In this document: piece after piece, positions 48,903 through 57,465 of the stretch
Numbering within the stretch: position 1 is the stretch's first letter
Layout: each line of letters opens with the position of its first letter
Origin: an uncultured Bdellovibrionales bacterium
GTDB lineage: Bacteria; Patescibacteriota; Minisyncoccia; Moranbacterales; UBA1568
Length of the DNA stretch: 64,000 bases
Assembly: GCA_964594215.1 (NCBI GenBank)
Contig: CAZQLN010000001.1
Location: 103,638 to 167,637, forward strand
Reading direction: 5' to 3'
Notes under the pieces: generated by a model
Databases searched by the model: none
The model's input: only the letters and a program-made list of their open reading frames with translations
Told to the model about the DNA's origin: nothing
Program-made: the position numbers and the translations under genes

Positions 48903-50512
48903 ATCAACAGACTCTTTCTTTACAGGTAGATAAGGTACTTCGGTGGCCATGGGAAACTATCGGACAATTTGTTCTCATCGGTCTTTTGAGTTTCCTATTA
49001 GCGTGTTGGTCTTTCGAGCCAGCTTTGGTTTTTGATGAAGTTCATATTCTTTTCTATACCTTTCTACTACTTCTGATGTGTCTGTATCGACCTGCATGGA
49101 GTTTCTTTCTATTGGTAGCTCTCCTTCCATTAGAGACTACGAATTTATTGCCACCAACCTTTGGTCTAGCCCTAAGGCCGTATCAACTAGTGACTTTTGT
49201 GTTGGCACTGGCTCTTTTAATCCAACTTCTGACCAAAAGAATCACCTGGCCACTCTTCTCATTGAGCCGTACGGATCTTGGTGTGGCTGTCTTGGGTTTT
49301 GGATCATTGCTCGCTGTGGTCGGATCTTTAGAACCAGGTATCGCCTTTAAGGCGACAGTCATTCTGGTTTCTTTTATGGGACTGTATGCTATTTTCCGCT
49401 ATTTTCTAAGTCAGAGTATTCTCCAAGGGCAAGCTCTTATCGCCTTTGGTATTGGTACGGGGATTGTCTTTCTGATTGCTCTTTGGCAGAACATAGCCTT
49501 TCTTCACGGCTACAAAGCGGGTATGGTGATGGAGGGCAGGCCGAATAGCACTTTTTTTGAAGCGGATTGGCTTGGTTTTTTCAGTGCACTTATAGTTCTT
49601 CTCGGCATTGCTCTGGTCTGGTATGGATTTAAGCAGAAGTATAATCGTCGCCATCCAAGCTGGTTTAGTGGCCTGGTACTGATTCTTGTTCTTGCGTGGG
49701 TGGTTTTGATTTTGACTGTGGCTCGTAGTGCTTGGTTGGCTACTTTGGTGGGGATGGGTGTTTTATTCAGCGGGGGAGTATATTACGTTTCTCGAGATTG
49801 GTGGAAGCGTAGGCTCTTATTGCTCACAACCGCTACCACCATGATACTCGGTATAGCTGCATTGGTACTCGTGACAGCAAGTGGACTGACTCGTTTTGAT
49901 ATCCAAGATCGTCTCTCGAGCACAGCGACAGGAGAGCAAGTCATTACAGTTGCCTGTAATACACCGACACAACTACCAGAAACGATTTCTTCGGTTGAAG
50001 TACTTCCGACCTACGGTTGTCAGCATATTCGTCTGGAGGAAAAGGAGATCCTCAAGAATGCTGGTATGAGTATTCAGGAAGTAAAGCGCGCAGATCCTAA
50101 TTTTCAGACACGTAGTCAGATCTACCAAAAAACCTTTAGCCTAATCCAAGCTCACTGGTTCCTCGGAGTTGGGGGAGGTAATAGTGCTCTGGTACTGGGT
50201 ACTGATGAGCGTGGAGCCGGTCTTAATGCAAGTAATCTGTTTTTGGAGACCTGGCTTTCTGATGGCTTGGTGGGCTTACTCGCACTTCTTTTTATCCTTG
50301 GCTTCATTTTAATGGGACTGATTCATGAGACTCGCCTGGGCTCAGAAAAACACCTCCTTGGTCTCAGCCTTCTGTTTACCCTTATAGTCTTTAACCTTTT
50401 TAATTCAGGGATGCTTCTCGGTATTTTCTTTGGGCTACTGGCGTATCTTGCCACCCTTCGTGAAGAAAGTGGCAACACTGTCAAGCTGGAAACAGATTTC
50501 AAGATTCTATGA
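48899..50512 (+). CDS. O-antigen ligase / oligosaccharyltransferase-family membrane protein
   Basis: GRPNSTFFEADW, LTVARSAWL, R..IY, WFLGVGGGN, NLFLETWLSDGLVG. Confidence 0.8.
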   Translation: MNQQTLSLQVDKVLRWPWETIGQFVLIGLLSFLLACWSFEPALVFDEVHILFYTFLLLLMCLYRPAWSFFLLVALLPLETTNLLPPTFGLALRPYQLVTFVLALALLIQLLTKRITWPLFSLSRTDLGVAVLGFGSLLAVVGSLEPGIAFKATVILVSFMGLYAIFRYFLSQSILQGQALIAFGIGTGIVFLIALWQNIAFLHGYKAGMVMEGRPNSTFFEADWLGFFSALIVLLGIALVWYGFKQKYNRRHPSWFSGLVLILVLAWVVLILTVARSAWLATLVGMGVLFSGGVYYVSRDWWKRRLLLLTTATTMILGIAALVLVTASGLTRFDIQDRLSSTATGEQVITVACNTPTQLPETISSVEVLPTYGCQHIRLEEKEILKNAGMSIQEVKRADPNFQTRSQIYQKTFSLIQAHWFLGVGGGNSALVLGTDERGAGLNASNLFLETWLSDGLVGLLALLFILGFILMGLIHETRLGSEKHLLGLSLLFTLIVFNLFNSGMLLGIFFGLLAYLATLREESGNTVKLETDFKIL

Positions 50513-51672
50513 TACAAGAAACACTCGCTAAAAAAAGAGCGATCGATATTCGCATGTTGGGACGTAAGCGGACTGGTGATGAGACAGTTTTTTTTGAGTT
50601 GACTCGAGAAATTCTCCGTCAGGATCATGAACACCAGTATCTCCTTTTGACCAATGAGACGGATCCAGAAGCTTTGAATATTCTGCATACCCGCTTGGAG
50701 ATCTCCACAAATGACTCACGAAGAAAAATAGTCGTTCTTCCAACCGCTAACCGTTTTTGGTGGAACTTATTTACTCTGCCACGCTTTCTTCGGGATCAAA
50801 AAATAGCATTGTTCCATACCCAGTACATCTTGCCGTTTTGGGTGCCTACTTTTACCAAGGTTATCAATCATATTCACGATGTTTCTTTTTGTGCTTTACC
50901 CAAGTTTATCGGGAAGAAGGATTTGTTTTTCCTGCGCCTGCTTATTCCACGCTCATTACGAATGAGTACCTATATTGTAGTGCCCAGCCAATTTACTAAA
51001 GAAGAAGTTATCAAATATTATGGTACCGAAGAAAAAAAGATAGTAGTTATCCCCAATGCTCTTGGGAGTCATTTTCTTGCCGAGCTCAATAGAGAGAGTA
51101 GTGACGAGACTATCCGTGATAAGTATCATTTACCGACCACATTTTTGCTTTATGTTGGGACACTTCAACCACGTAAAAATATTCCTCTTCTGATCAAGGC
51201 TTTTGCCACTTACCAGTCACGTTTTCCTGATACGAAGTTAGTTATCGTCGGGAACAAGAAGGCGCATAACTTTGATCAGACTATCGATGAGACTCTGGCT
51301 TCTATTGAGGGGTCTTCAGACATAGTTTTTCCTGGTTATATCGATGAGGCTGACCTACCACGCATTTACCAAATGGCTAAGACATTTATTTTCCCAAGTC
51401 TCTATGAAGGCTTCGGCATACCTCTACTCGAAGCCATGAGTCAGTCAATACCAGTTTTGGCTTCAAATATACCTTCTTTACGTGAAGTAGGAGGTACAGC
51501 AGTGTTGTATTTCGATCCCAAAAGCGTTGACTCACTGGTGCAAGCATTGTATTCTTTAGAAGATTCACTCACACGAAGAACAGAGCTTATCACGCAAGGT
51601 GACAGGCGTTTAGAGCACTTTTCTTGGACCAAGAGCGGAACAAAATTACTGACCCTCTACAACAGTTGCTAG
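50509..51672 (+). CDS. GT4 glycosyltransferase (mannosyltransferase-like)
   Basis: IHDVSF, VGTLQPRKNI, FPSLYEGFGIPLLEAM. Confidence 0.92.
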   Translation: MIQETLAKKRAIDIRMLGRKRTGDETVFFELTREILRQDHEHQYLLLTNETDPEALNILHTRLEISTNDSRRKIVVLPTANRFWWNLFTLPRFLRDQKIALFHTQYILPFWVPTFTKVINHIHDVSFCALPKFIGKKDLFFLRLLIPRSLRMSTYIVVPSQFTKEEVIKYYGTEEKKIVVIPNALGSHFLAELNRESSDETIRDKYHLPTTFLLYVGTLQPRKNIPLLIKAFATYQSRFPDTKLVIVGNKKAHNFDQTIDETLASIEGSSDIVFPGYIDEADLPRIYQMAKTFIFPSLYEGFGIPLLEAMSQSIPVLASNIPSLREVGGTAVLYFDPKSVDSLVQALYSLEDSLTRRTELITQGDRRLEHFSWTKSGTKLLTLYNSC

Positions 51673-51705
51673 AGAGCCAGGCATTCATTTTTTAGAGATG
51701 TATCT

Positions 51706-52905
51706 ATGGCATTTACACGTACCAATACCCAAAATAGTTCTCCAGAAGGACCAAAAATTAATACTAAGAAAAGAGTCATTCGCATCGCCATCTTCGTGGT
51801 GGTTTTGCTTCTTATAGTCGGAGGAGCCTTTGCTCTTAAGACTGGTTTCGCCTTGAATAAAATTACGCAAGGTGATGGGAGTATTTTCAAAAGCATCCTT
51901 AAGTCTCTTCCGGGGGTAGAAAAAATTCTCGAAGGTGAAAAAGAGGGAAGAGTGAACATTTTACTTCTCGGTATGCGTGGAGAAAACGTACCAGGCGGAG
52001 GTCTTTTGGCTGATACCATCATGGTGCTTTCTATTCATCCCAAGGGGGAGGACCCCAACGATGTCAGCAAGGCTTCTCTTATCTCTATTCCTCGTGACCT
52101 TTACGTGACCGTGCCTGGTGGTTCAGAACAGCGCAAGATTAACGCTGTCTTTGCTCTTGGCGAGGAACGACGTCATGGCGGTGGTGGGATGCAGGATATG
52201 CGTCAGGTAGTATCTGAGGTTATCGGGCAGCCAGTGCCATATGCAGTGACGATTAATTTTCAAGGTTTCAAGGATGTAGTCAATTCTCTCGGGGGCATCC
52301 AAGTGACACTCAAAGAGCCTTTTACCGAAGCCTTGCAGTTCCGTGAGCCTCAAGTTTGTGATCCCTATGTCTATACTGAACCGACCAATCCGCCACAGTA
52401 TCAGGACAAATATCATAAACGCAAAGATGGTACGAAGTACGTAGCCAAATCATATCCGCTCTGCTACAACAAGCAGCTTGAATGTGGTGGCGAGTTTTCT
52501 CTCCCAGCTGGAGTCAATACGCTTGATGGTGACAAAGCTCTCTGTTATTCGCGAGCGCGTTATCAGACCAATGACTTCGAACGTGCTGCTCGTCAGCAAA
52601 CCGTGATTCAGGCAATTAAGGCTAAGGCACTCAGTGTAGGAACGCTCACAGACTTCTCTAAGATCAATGCCCTGATTGATAGTCTTGGCAACAACACCAC
52701 GACTAACTTCCAGGCTTGGGAAATTAAGCGAGCCTTCGATCTCTATCAGACCCTTGGTGATGTACCGCTTAATCAGAAAGTCCTCTCTGATTCTGAAGAG
52801 GGACTTCTCTATGCTCCGCCAATAACTGAAGGTTCTGGATATATCCTCTTACCACGCGGTGATAACTACGAACGTATTCATGAATTGTTCCGCAACTCTC
52901 TGTAA
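51706..52905 (+). CDS. LytR-CpsA-Psr (LCP) family glycopolymer transferase
   Basis: N-terminal TM segment, NILLLG, ADTIMV, SIPRDLYV, KINA, YSRAR..NDFERAARQQ. Confidence 0.93.
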   Translation: MAFTRTNTQNSSPEGPKINTKKRVIRIAIFVVVLLLIVGGAFALKTGFALNKITQGDGSIFKSILKSLPGVEKILEGEKEGRVNILLLGMRGENVPGGGLLADTIMVLSIHPKGEDPNDVSKASLISIPRDLYVTVPGGSEQRKINAVFALGEERRHGGGGMQDMRQVVSEVIGQPVPYAVTINFQGFKDVVNSLGGIQVTLKEPFTEALQFREPQVCDPYVYTEPTNPPQYQDKYHKRKDGTKYVAKSYPLCYNKQLECGGEFSLPAGVNTLDGDKALCYSRARYQTNDFERAARQQTVIQAIKAKALSVGTLTDFSKINALIDSLGNNTTTNFQAWEIKRAFDLYQTLGDVPLNQKVLSDSEEGLLYAPPITEGSGYILLPRGDNYERIHELFRNSL

Positions 52906-52914
52906 CAGTATTCT

Positions 52915-53742
52915 ATGGAATCTCTAGAGCTCTCGATTGCCGTTAATACCTACAAAAGTCCGGAGCTTCTCCGTTTGTGTTTGGAATCTATAGAGCGGTT
53001 CATGCCAGCGAGTGGCATCCGTTATGAAGTGATGGTGGTAGATAGCGCTACCGAAGAAGATACTGAGATGATGATGCGGGAAGATTTTCCCAATGTCCGT
53101 TTTTTGCCATTTCATGAAAACGTAGGGTTTAAATCCTTGATCAACACCTCGCTTGATGAGGCAAAAGGCGAATACGTATTTCTCATTAACGGAGATATTA
53201 TCTTGACCGAAGGCGCTGTACCAGAACTTCTTACCTACCTTCGTGAACATCAGGATATTGGTATCTTGGGACCAAAACAGTTCAACTTCAATGGTTCTAT
53301 CCAACAGAGTTTTTTCCGTTTTTACAAACCAGCTACTATTCTCTATCGAAGAACTTTTCTTGGTCGCTTCGCTTTTGCGAAACGCCATTTGGACTGGTTT
53401 AGTATGAAAGAAATTGGTGATCCCAAAGAACCTATCCCAGCTGAATGGATTATTGGTTCAGCTCTTCTAGTGAGACGTAAAGTTGCTCTCGAAGTGGGTT
53501 ACATGGACAATCGTTTCTTTATGTACATGGAAGATGTGGACTGGTGTCGTCGGTTTTGGGAAAAGGGTCTACGAGTGGTGTATTATCCGAAGTGCTTCGT
53601 TTACCACTATCACGGTAAGGGGAGTGCTCAAGGAGGCTTCTTCCGTTCATTGCTTTCTAACAAACTCACTTGGTATCATATTGAAAGCGCTATCAAGTAT
53701 TTCTGGAAGTATCGTGGCCAGAAATCACCAACCATTTATTAA
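52915..53742 (+). CDS. GT2 glycosyltransferase (WbbL/rhamnosyltransferase-like)
   Basis: NVGF, LINGD, GSALLVRR, FFMYMEDVDWCRR, VYHYHG. Confidence 0.88.
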   Translation: MESLELSIAVNTYKSPELLRLCLESIERFMPASGIRYEVMVVDSATEEDTEMMMREDFPNVRFLPFHENVGFKSLINTSLDEAKGEYVFLINGDIILTEGAVPELLTYLREHQDIGILGPKQFNFNGSIQQSFFRFYKPATILYRRTFLGRFAFAKRHLDWFSMKEIGDPKEPIPAEWIIGSALLVRRKVALEVGYMDNRFFMYMEDVDWCRRFWEKGLRVVYYPKCFVYHYHGKGSAQGGFFRSLLSNKLTWYHIESAIKYFWKYRGQKSPTIY

Positions 53743-53761
53743 TTTTTTGACAGACAGTCCC

Positions 53762-55060
53762 ATGGAAACTCCTACTGAAAATGTACCTACCCCAGATATG
53801 GCTAGTGATGAGCTGGTTTATGCCAAGCAGAAACGCCTTTTTCATAAGAGTTTTTTTGTTTTTTCAATGCTCTTTTTATTAGGGCTTAGTTTTTGGGCTG
53901 GCTTTAGGCAGGGTCAAGAAAAATCAAACCAAGGAGGAGGTAGTAGTGATGGGGTGATTTCACCGGAAGAAGTCATGTTTTTAAACAAAGAAAATCCGGA
54001 TAAGAGTATTGATTTTGGTCTGTTTTGGAAGGTTTGGGGATTGCTACGTGATAAATATGTAGACAGTAAAGACCTTGACTCTAAGAAGCTCTTCTACGGA
54101 GCTATTGATGGTATGCTCGCAGCTACTGGTGATCCATACACCACTTTCTTTAGTCCAGAAGAAAACGCTGAATTCAAAGAAGAGATCTCTGGCACTTTTT
54201 CTGGTATTGGTGCTGAGATGGGTCTCAAGGATGAGATCATCACAGTCATTGCTCCACTTGAGGGAACACCAGCAGAAAAAGCCGGTCTACTTGCTGGAGA
54301 TAAGGTAGTGCAGATTGATGGCGAAAGTACCACTGCGCTTTCTCTTGACGAAGCCGTAAAGAAGATTCGTGGCGAGAAGGGGACAATAGTTAAACTCACT
54401 ATTTTTCGCCAAGGGGAAGAAAATACCCGTGAGGTTTCGGTTACTCGCGATACTATCGTAGTGAAGAGTGTTCGTTTTGAGATGAAAGACGATGGGATTG
54501 CCTTGATTCGAGTGAGTCGTTTCGGTGATGATACTGAAGCTGGTTTTGCAGAAGCTGTGAAACAAGTAAAAGCGAGCAATGCCAAGGGTCTTATTATTGA
54601 TCTTCGTAATAACCCTGGTGGTTACCTCGAAGCCGCAGTCGAAATGGGTAGTCTGATGCTACCGAGCCAGAAGATAGTAGTTATGGAGGAATCTGGTGAT
54701 GGGACACGCAAAGAAATGAAAACTCGTGGTGGAGATGTACTCTCGGGACTGAAGACGGTGGTATTGATCAATCAGGGAAGTGCGAGTGCTTCAGAAATCC
54801 TTGCAGGGGCTCTGCGTGAGAACCGCGACAATGTCACTTTGGTTGGGAAGAAGTCTTTTGGGAAAGGGTCTGTTCAGGAGTTGATCAATGTCACACAGGA
54901 TACAGCTGTGAAGATCACTGTTGCCAAATGGCTCACCCCTAAAGGGAATCAGATTAATAAGGTGGGTATTAGTCCCGATGTTGATGTAGATATCTCAGCT
55001 AATGATATTGAAAACAAACGCGATCCACAGCTAGATAAGGCTCTTGAACTCCTACGCTAA
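53762..55060 (+). CDS. ctpA: Carboxyl-terminal processing protease, S41 family
   Basis: TM anchor, DPYT, PDZ GIG, DLRNNPGG, SASASEI, SFGKGSVQ, DPQL; start set at METPTEN. Confidence 0.93.
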   Translation: METPTENVPTPDMASDELVYAKQKRLFHKSFFVFSMLFLLGLSFWAGFRQGQEKSNQGGGSSDGVISPEEVMFLNKENPDKSIDFGLFWKVWGLLRDKYVDSKDLDSKKLFYGAIDGMLAATGDPYTTFFSPEENAEFKEEISGTFSGIGAEMGLKDEIITVIAPLEGTPAEKAGLLAGDKVVQIDGESTTALSLDEAVKKIRGEKGTIVKLTIFRQGEENTREVSVTRDTIVVKSVRFEMKDDGIALIRVSRFGDDTEAGFAEAVKQVKASNAKGLIIDLRNNPGGYLEAAVEMGSLMLPSQKIVVMEESGDGTRKEMKTRGGDVLSGLKTVVLINQGSASASEILAGALRENRDNVTLVGKKSFGKGSVQELINVTQDTAVKITVAKWLTPKGNQINKVGISPDVDVDISANDIENKRDPQLDKALELLR

Positions 55061-55072
55061 GAGCAACTAAAT

Positions 55073-55115
55073 AATAAAAAACCTCCAGGAGAGTAAGTCT
55101 TGGAGGTTTTTTATT
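55073..55115. terminator. Bidirectional intrinsic terminator
   Basis: aataaaaaacctccagga-gagtaag-tcttggaggttttttatt between convergent genes. Confidence 0.85.
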
Positions 55116-55127
55116 TGATATCTATTT

Positions 55128-55940
55128 CTAGGGTTCTAGAGGAAGAGGAGAACCAGTTTTCAAATGGTCATTACCGCGGAGGGTTTTGACGGTGAAAAAA
55201 TTGAGATCAAACAAGCGTACGCCAGCGCGGAAAGACTCCATTTCATTTTCTCCATAGACTATCAGATCTTTGCCGGGAGGAATATCACCAGTACGTTTCT
55301 CAAGTTCATCAAGAGTGATATGGACTGCGCCTTTGATATGCTTTCGTTTGTAATTTTCTTCTGACTGAGTATCGAGAATAGCGATGTTTGAAGCTCCTAT
55401 GAGAGGGATAAGATTTTCTTTGGTAATGAAAGTCACTTTGGATTGGTCAACAAAATCGCTAGGATCACCACTAGAGATCACGGGATAACCCTTGCCTGAC
55501 CACTCTTCGAAACCACCAGCTAGGAACCAGGCCTCAATATTTTTAGATTTGAGGACACCCTCAGCCAATTCATTAGCATCAGGGCTTGCGCTAGAGCCAA
55601 TGATGACCAAGAGGGGACCTTCTTCCTTTTGGAAGTTAATCAGGTTTTCGCTCGGAAAAGAGCGGCTTTGCGGGATGTGCTTGAGGGCGAATTGCTCTTC
55701 ACTACGGATATCGAGGAGCATCACTTTTTCATGACGAGCCAGTTTGGCTTGGAGATCACTCGGGGTGATTGTTTGGCGAACCGGAGCATCAGAACTATCG
55801 GAGCTACTATAAGTGCCAGAATCTTCTTCACCGCTATTATTCCAAAAACTTTTCCCAATAAAAAAAACACCTACAAGCAAAATACTTGCCATACCGATAC
55901 TGATAACTTGCATATTTTTTTTATCGAGACCGCGTTCCAT
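55128..55940 (-). CDS. Membrane-anchored tandem rhodanese-like domain protein (no Cys)
   Basis: LLDIRS..F..KHIP, LAGGFEEW, ILDTQS...HIKGAVHI; N-terminal TM segment. Confidence 0.8.
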   Translation of the reverse strand: MERGLDKKNMQVISIGMASILLVGVFFIGKSFWNNSGEEDSGTYSSSDSSDAPVRQTITPSDLQAKLARHEKVMLLDIRSEEQFALKHIPQSRSFPSENLINFQKEEGPLLVIIGSSASPDANELAEGVLKSKNIEAWFLAGGFEEWSGKGYPVISSGDPSDFVDQSKVTFITKENLIPLIGASNIAILDTQSEENYKRKHIKGAVHITLDELEKRTGDIPPGKDLIVYGENEMESFRAGVRLFDLNFFTVKTLRGNDHLKTGSPLPLEP

Positions 55941-55957
55941 AGGAGGGGAAGACTAAA

Positions 55958-56989
55958 CTATTTGAGGGTGCTACCGATGAAGTTCGGATTCCCTTTGATA
56001 AATTCAGAAACCAACATACGATTACGTCCTTCGAGTTGGATTTCTTCTAACACTATCATACCATGTTCTGCCTGAACGACGATGCTACCTTCATGTTCCA
56101 GTACCATACCATGAGTAGGGGAAAGGGTAAGGTCTTTGAGTAGGCGGATGGCGTGAAGTTTGAGACGAGTCACGCCGTTTTTTTGTGGCCAAAAAGTATA
56201 GAGTCCGGGCCAGGGAGTCAGTGCGCGGTACTGATTATAGATACGTGAAGCCTCGGTACTCCAGATTACTTGACCATCGGAGCGTTCAATCAGTTGGCAG
56301 AGTGTCGCACCAGTAGTGGGCTGAGGAGTGCTTGGAAGTTGGTGCTTCACATAGAGAGGGAGATCGGAAGAGAGCATTTTTTTAGCAAGCAAAGTGAGTT
56401 TAGAGGTGAGCTGCTCAAGCATTTCATCGGGATGGATTTTCACGGTTCGTTGGGTGATGATATTACCCGTGTCCATTCCGGTGTCCATTTGCATCAGAGT
56501 TATACCAGTTGCTTCTTGGCCATCAATAAGGGCATTATGAATAGGAGAAGAGCCACGATAAAGAGGGAGGAGAGAAGCATGAACATTAACTGCTCCGAAA
56601 CCGGGCAGCTCGAGGAAGCGTTTAGGTAAGATCTTGCCATAGGCAGCCACAATGATGATATCTGGTGAAAGTTCTTTGAACGCGGTAAAAGCAGCGTCAT
56701 CGAGTTTTTCGGGCTGAAGAACAGGAAGAGAGTGTTCGAGAGCGAGTTTTTTGACTGCACTGACAGTGACTTCTCCTTTGCGACCAGAAGGTTTGTCAGC
56801 TTTTGTTATCACCCCGACGATATGGTAGTGATCTTCAATCAGGGTCGCTAGGAGATCAGCGGCAAAAGGGGGTGTTCCCATAAAAACTACTCTGATTTGG
56901 GGAGCCGGAGCTTTTTGGGCAGGAGTAGCCTTTGAGGAAGCTTTTGTGTGTGAAGTCTCTTTAGAAAAGAGTTTAGTCCAGAGTCCCAT
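55958..56989 (-). CDS. fmt: Methionyl-tRNA formyltransferase
   Basis: VFMGTP, VAAYGKILP, NVHASLLPLYRGSSPI, MDTG; adjacent to def. Confidence 0.95.
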   Translation of the reverse strand: MGLWTKLFSKETSHTKASSKATPAQKAPAPQIRVVFMGTPPFAADLLATLIEDHYHIVGVITKADKPSGRKGEVTVSAVKKLALEHSLPVLQPEKLDDAAFTAFKELSPDIIIVAAYGKILPKRFLELPGFGAVNVHASLLPLYRGSSPIHNALIDGQEATGITLMQMDTGMDTGNIITQRTVKIHPDEMLEQLTSKLTLLAKKMLSSDLPLYVKHQLPSTPQPTTGATLCQLIERSDGQVIWSTEASRIYNQYRALTPWPGLYTFWPQKNGVTRLKLHAIRLLKDLTLSPTHGMVLEHEGSIVVQAEHGMIVLEEIQLEGRNRMLVSEFIKGNPNFIGSTLK

Positions 56990-57461
56990 AGAGTTTTTTG
57001 TATTGTGGGTTTTTGTGTTGTTTGGCGTAGCGATCACAGATGAGGATACCGTCGAGGTGATCTACTTCATGCTGGATGACAATAGCAAGAAAACCGGTTG
57101 CCCGAATTTTTTTAGGCAAACCTCGCTCATCCTGATACTTGAGGGTGAGGCTTTCAGAACGGACAATAGAGAAATATTGACCGGGTAAACTCAGACAGCC
57201 TTCTTCGAAAAGGACTTTTTCTTGCGAGAGGGAAGTAATCTCTGGATTGATGAGAGTGTAGAGAACATCATCAGCGAGAGCAATAGCTAGGCGGATAGAT
57301 TTACCGATTTGAGGAGCTGCCAGACCTACGCCCTCGGCTTTGTGCATAGTTTCCTTCATCTGAGGAAGCAGGGCTTGAATTTCCGGTGCGAGTGCATCGG
57401 CTACGAGAGCGGTTTTCTTCTTGAGAATAGCGGTTTCAGCACCAGTGACAAGAGTGAGCAT
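56973..57461 (-). CDS. def: Peptide deformylase
   Basis: GVGLAAPQIG, EGCLS, QHEVDHLDG. Confidence 0.96.
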   Translation of the reverse strand: MLTLVTGAETAILKKKTALVADALAPEIQALLPQMKETMHKAEGVGLAAPQIGKSIRLAIALADDVLYTLINPEITSLSQEKVLFEEGCLSLPGQYFSIVRSESLTLKYQDERGLPKKIRATGFLAIVIQHEVDHLDGILICDRYAKQHKNPQYKKLYGTLD

Positions 57462-57465
57462 AGGG

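Noticed and set aside
53483-53761. Long N-terminal extension of CtpA given by the ORF track
   Set aside because: It overlaps the upstream GT2 by about 260 bp. ATG 53762 gives a normal TM-anchored S41 protease.
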